NCBI GenBank assembly: GCA_016183675.1
Contig: JACPEF010000099.1
Span: 1 to 41,783, forward strand
Origin: Betaproteobacteria bacterium
GTDB lineage: Bacteria; Pseudomonadota; Gammaproteobacteria; Burkholderiales; SG8-41
Direction of reading: 5' to 3'
DNA length: 41,783 nt
Under the pieces are notes generated by a model, which saw only the letters and a program-made list of their open reading frames with translations, was not told the origin of the DNA and did no database searches. The translations under genes were made by a program, and so were the position numbers. Shown here piece by piece: positions 39,759 through 41,783 of this stretch (positions within the stretch are counted from its first letter, which is position 1; each line of letters begins with the position of its first letter).

Positions 39759-40304
39759 ATGGCTCGTGTTCCCCTCCTCGACGAGCACGCCAGCCCCGAC
39801 GTCGCCGCGCTCATCGCGAAGATCCGCGACGCGCGCGGGGGCCGGCTGCTCAACCTTTACCGCCTGCTGCTGCATAACCCGGCGGTGGCGGCCGCCTGGC
39901 TGGAGTTCAACAACGCGGTCCGCTACCAGACGGAGCTCGACGAGAGCGCACGGGAGCTTGCCATCCTGCGCGTCGCGATCCTGAACGGCGCCGACTATAT
40001 CCTGCGAATTCACGGCTCGCGCTACGCCGGAAAGGCGGGGCTCACGCAGGAACAGCTCGCGGCGCTTCCCGCCTGGCGCGACTCCGCGCTGTTCAGCCGG
40101 AGCGAGCGCGCGCTGCTCGCCTACGTGGATGCGATGACCCGCGACGTGGAAGTGCCGGATGACGTATTCAATGGCTTGCGGGGGCATTTCAGCGAACGCC
40201 AGGTGGTGGAGCTCACGGTGCTGATCGGCGCCTACAATATGCACACCCGCGTGCTGAAGGCGCTCAGGGTCGACCCCGAGCCGGCATCCGGCGAGAACAA
40301 CTGA
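39759..40304 (+). CDS. Carboxymuconolactone decarboxylase/AhpD-like protein
   Basis: LNLYRLLLHNP, RELAILRVA..NGADY...H, VELTVLIGAYNM. Confidence 0.85.
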   Translation: MARVPLLDEHASPDVAALIAKIRDARGGRLLNLYRLLLHNPAVAAAWLEFNNAVRYQTELDESARELAILRVAILNGADYILRIHGSRYAGKAGLTQEQLAALPAWRDSALFSRSERALLAYVDAMTRDVEVPDDVFNGLRGHFSERQVVELTVLIGAYNMHTRVLKALRVDPEPASGENN

Positions 40305-40470
40305 ACCGCCAAGATGGCATGGACGCCTCCCGCCCCCTTCGGGGGAGGCGAGCATGCCATCTTAATTAGGACAGGGAGGGTTGGCCAAGATGGAGCGGGG
40401 CTCTCACAATCCTGACGGCATCGTGTGCCACGGTGATTGTTCCAATCACGAACGGAAAGGAGAGCCCCAC

Positions 40471-41499
40471 ATGGATCGTACGCTATATGCACTGGATCTG
40501 GCAAAGCAGGTGTTTCAGGTGTTCTGGGTAGAGGAGCGCAGCCGCACGCGCGAGAAGCGGCTCAAGCGCGCGCAGGTGCTGGAGTTCTTTGGTGGGCTCG
40601 CGCCGGCGCGGGTGGCGATGGAGGCCTGTGGGAGCGCCCACTACTGGGGGCGCGAGCTCATGAAGCTCGGCCACGAGGTGATGCTCATCCACCCGCGCTA
40701 TGTGCGGGCCTTTGTGAAGACGAACAAGACCGACTGCGCCGATGCGCGGGCGATTTGGAGCGCGGCGCAACAGCCCGAGATGAGAGCGGTGCCGGTGAAG
40801 ACGGTGGAGAGCCAAACGATCCTCGCGCTGCACCGGGTGCGCGCGGGGCGGCGCGATATGCGCACGGCGCTGATGAACCAGTTGCGCGGGCTGCTCGCCG
40901 AGTTTGGGGTGGTGCTCAAGCGCGGGCGCGCAGCGGGGCTGGCGGAACTCTATCGCCGCTCCTCCGAGCTCGAGGCGAAGCTGCCCGGGACGATGATGAG
41001 CCTGCTGCGCGAGCAGTGCGAGGCGATCGCGCGGCTGGAGCGCGACGTGCGCGCGCTGGAAGGCCGCATCCGGGCTGCCCACGCGGGCGATGAGCGCTTC
41101 GCGAGCCTCACCGGCATCCCCGGCATCGGGCTGCTGGGGGCGAGTGCGCTGCTGGCCCGGGTCGACAACGGGCAGCAGTTTCGCTCGGGGCGCCAGGCGA
41201 GTGCGTTCGTCGGGATCGTGCCGCGCCAGCACGGCACCGGGGGAAGCGTGCGCCTGGGGGCGATCAGCAAGCGCGGCGATCCCTATCTGCGCACCCTCCT
41301 CATCCACGGGGCGCGCTCGGTGATCGCCAGATCCAAGCACCCCTCGCCGTGGTTGCAGGGGCTCATCGCGCGCCGCGGCAAGAACGTGGCGGCGGTGGCG
41401 CTCGCCAACAAGAACGTGCGGATTGCCTGGGCGCTGCTCAGGCGCGGCGGGCGCTATGAGCCGGATCATCAGGCCCGGGTGCTGGCAGTGCAGCATTGA
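40471..41499 (+). CDS. IS110-family DEDD recombinase/transposase
   Basis: ALDLAK, MEACG, KTDCADA (DEDD); GIPGIG, GIVPRQHGTGG, ISKRGDPYLRTLL, VALANK. AAGGAG RBS before ATG 40471. Confidence 0.96.
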   Translation: MDRTLYALDLAKQVFQVFWVEERSRTREKRLKRAQVLEFFGGLAPARVAMEACGSAHYWGRELMKLGHEVMLIHPRYVRAFVKTNKTDCADARAIWSAAQQPEMRAVPVKTVESQTILALHRVRAGRRDMRTALMNQLRGLLAEFGVVLKRGRAAGLAELYRRSSELEAKLPGTMMSLLREQCEAIARLERDVRALEGRIRAAHAGDERFASLTGIPGIGLLGASALLARVDNGQQFRSGRQASAFVGIVPRQHGTGGSVRLGAISKRGDPYLRTLLIHGARSVIARSKHPSPWLQGLIARRGKNVAAVALANKNVRIAWALLRRGGRYEPDHQARVLAVQH

Positions 41500-41559
41500 T
41501 GGCTGAGAGACGGAAAGGAGACCCTTCACGGGCTGGCGCAGGTTGATTGACGAGGTGAT

Positions 41560-41716
41560 GGCAGGACTGGTCGGACCGCGGGGAAGTGAAACCTGCTTGG
41601 CGTCGAGTGCCACGAGCACGTTGTCCAAGATGAGAGCTTCCCCGGCGAATTCCATCATGTGCCCGCAGGCTTATACACTGAGCCTGCACCACGAGGCCGG
41701 ATATAAGACTGCAGCC
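41560..41716 (+). ncRNA. Putative bridge/seek RNA (ends approximate)
   Basis: Two stem-separated guide pairs: target-matching CTTGGCGTC and CCAAGA; donor-matching AATTCCATC and ATATAAGA. Confidence 0.75.
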
Positions 41717-41747
41717 CTTACCACTCTGTCACCATCGAGAAAATCAC

Positions 41748-41775
41748 TTGCCAAGCGGGGGGCGTCCATATAAGA
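41748..41775 (+). promoter_or_regulatory. -35 half of the circle-junction promoter
   Basis: TTGCCA-17 nt-TAAGA(C) in the inserted form; becomes TAAGAT when joined to the left end. Confidence 0.65.
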
Positions 41776-41783
41776 CGCCAAGA

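Larger units (their letters stand above)
40315..41775 (+). mobile_element. Complete IS110-family insertion sequence, IS1111 type
   Basis: Subterminal IRs ATGGACGCCTCCCGC (40319-40333) and 41755-41769 match 14/15; long 3' non-coding end; AAGA at both junctions; flanks rejoin to AACCGCCAAGACGCCAAGA. Confidence 0.92.

Noticed and set aside
40381-40470. N-terminal extension of the transposase from TTG 40381
   Set aside because: The strong RBS and the first DEDD motif fit ATG 40471.
40311-41775. AAGA as a 4-bp target-site duplication
   Set aside because: IS110 elements recombine through a shared core without making a duplication; the guide matches point to a GA/TC core within shared donor/target sequence.

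Overview
GC-rich chromosomal window, most consistent with a betaproteobacterium (inferred from TctC/Bug paralogues, a DUF3567-like gene and the ybdK-antiporter pair). From left to right: an ion/osmotic-stress block (partial mnhE, ybdK, cation:proton antiporter, MscS, membrane-anchored and frameshifted otsA, otsB, GH15); a lutABC cluster split by DMT, PanE-like, mandelate-racemase-like and mmsA genes; an S1C protease, greB, iclR and a DEDDh/GIY-YIG nuclease; a lower-GC island with metE, a cobalamin riboswitch and a BrnA antitoxin remnant; a TctC/PrpD cluster ending in a UGSC selenoprotein that the ORF track splits at its Sec UGA; purB; and a complete IS110-family (IS1111-type) element. The best signal is the IS. 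All four guide segments of its putative bridge/seek RNA can be read from the 3' non-coding end. They match its own circle junction and a 9-nt intergenic repeat family (CGCCAAGA/G) into which it has inserted, and three empty perfect targets lie elsewhere in the window. Intergenic spacers are rich in 7-, 8-, 9- and 14-mer tandem/inverted repeats. All calls come from reading motifs by eye; no database search was run.
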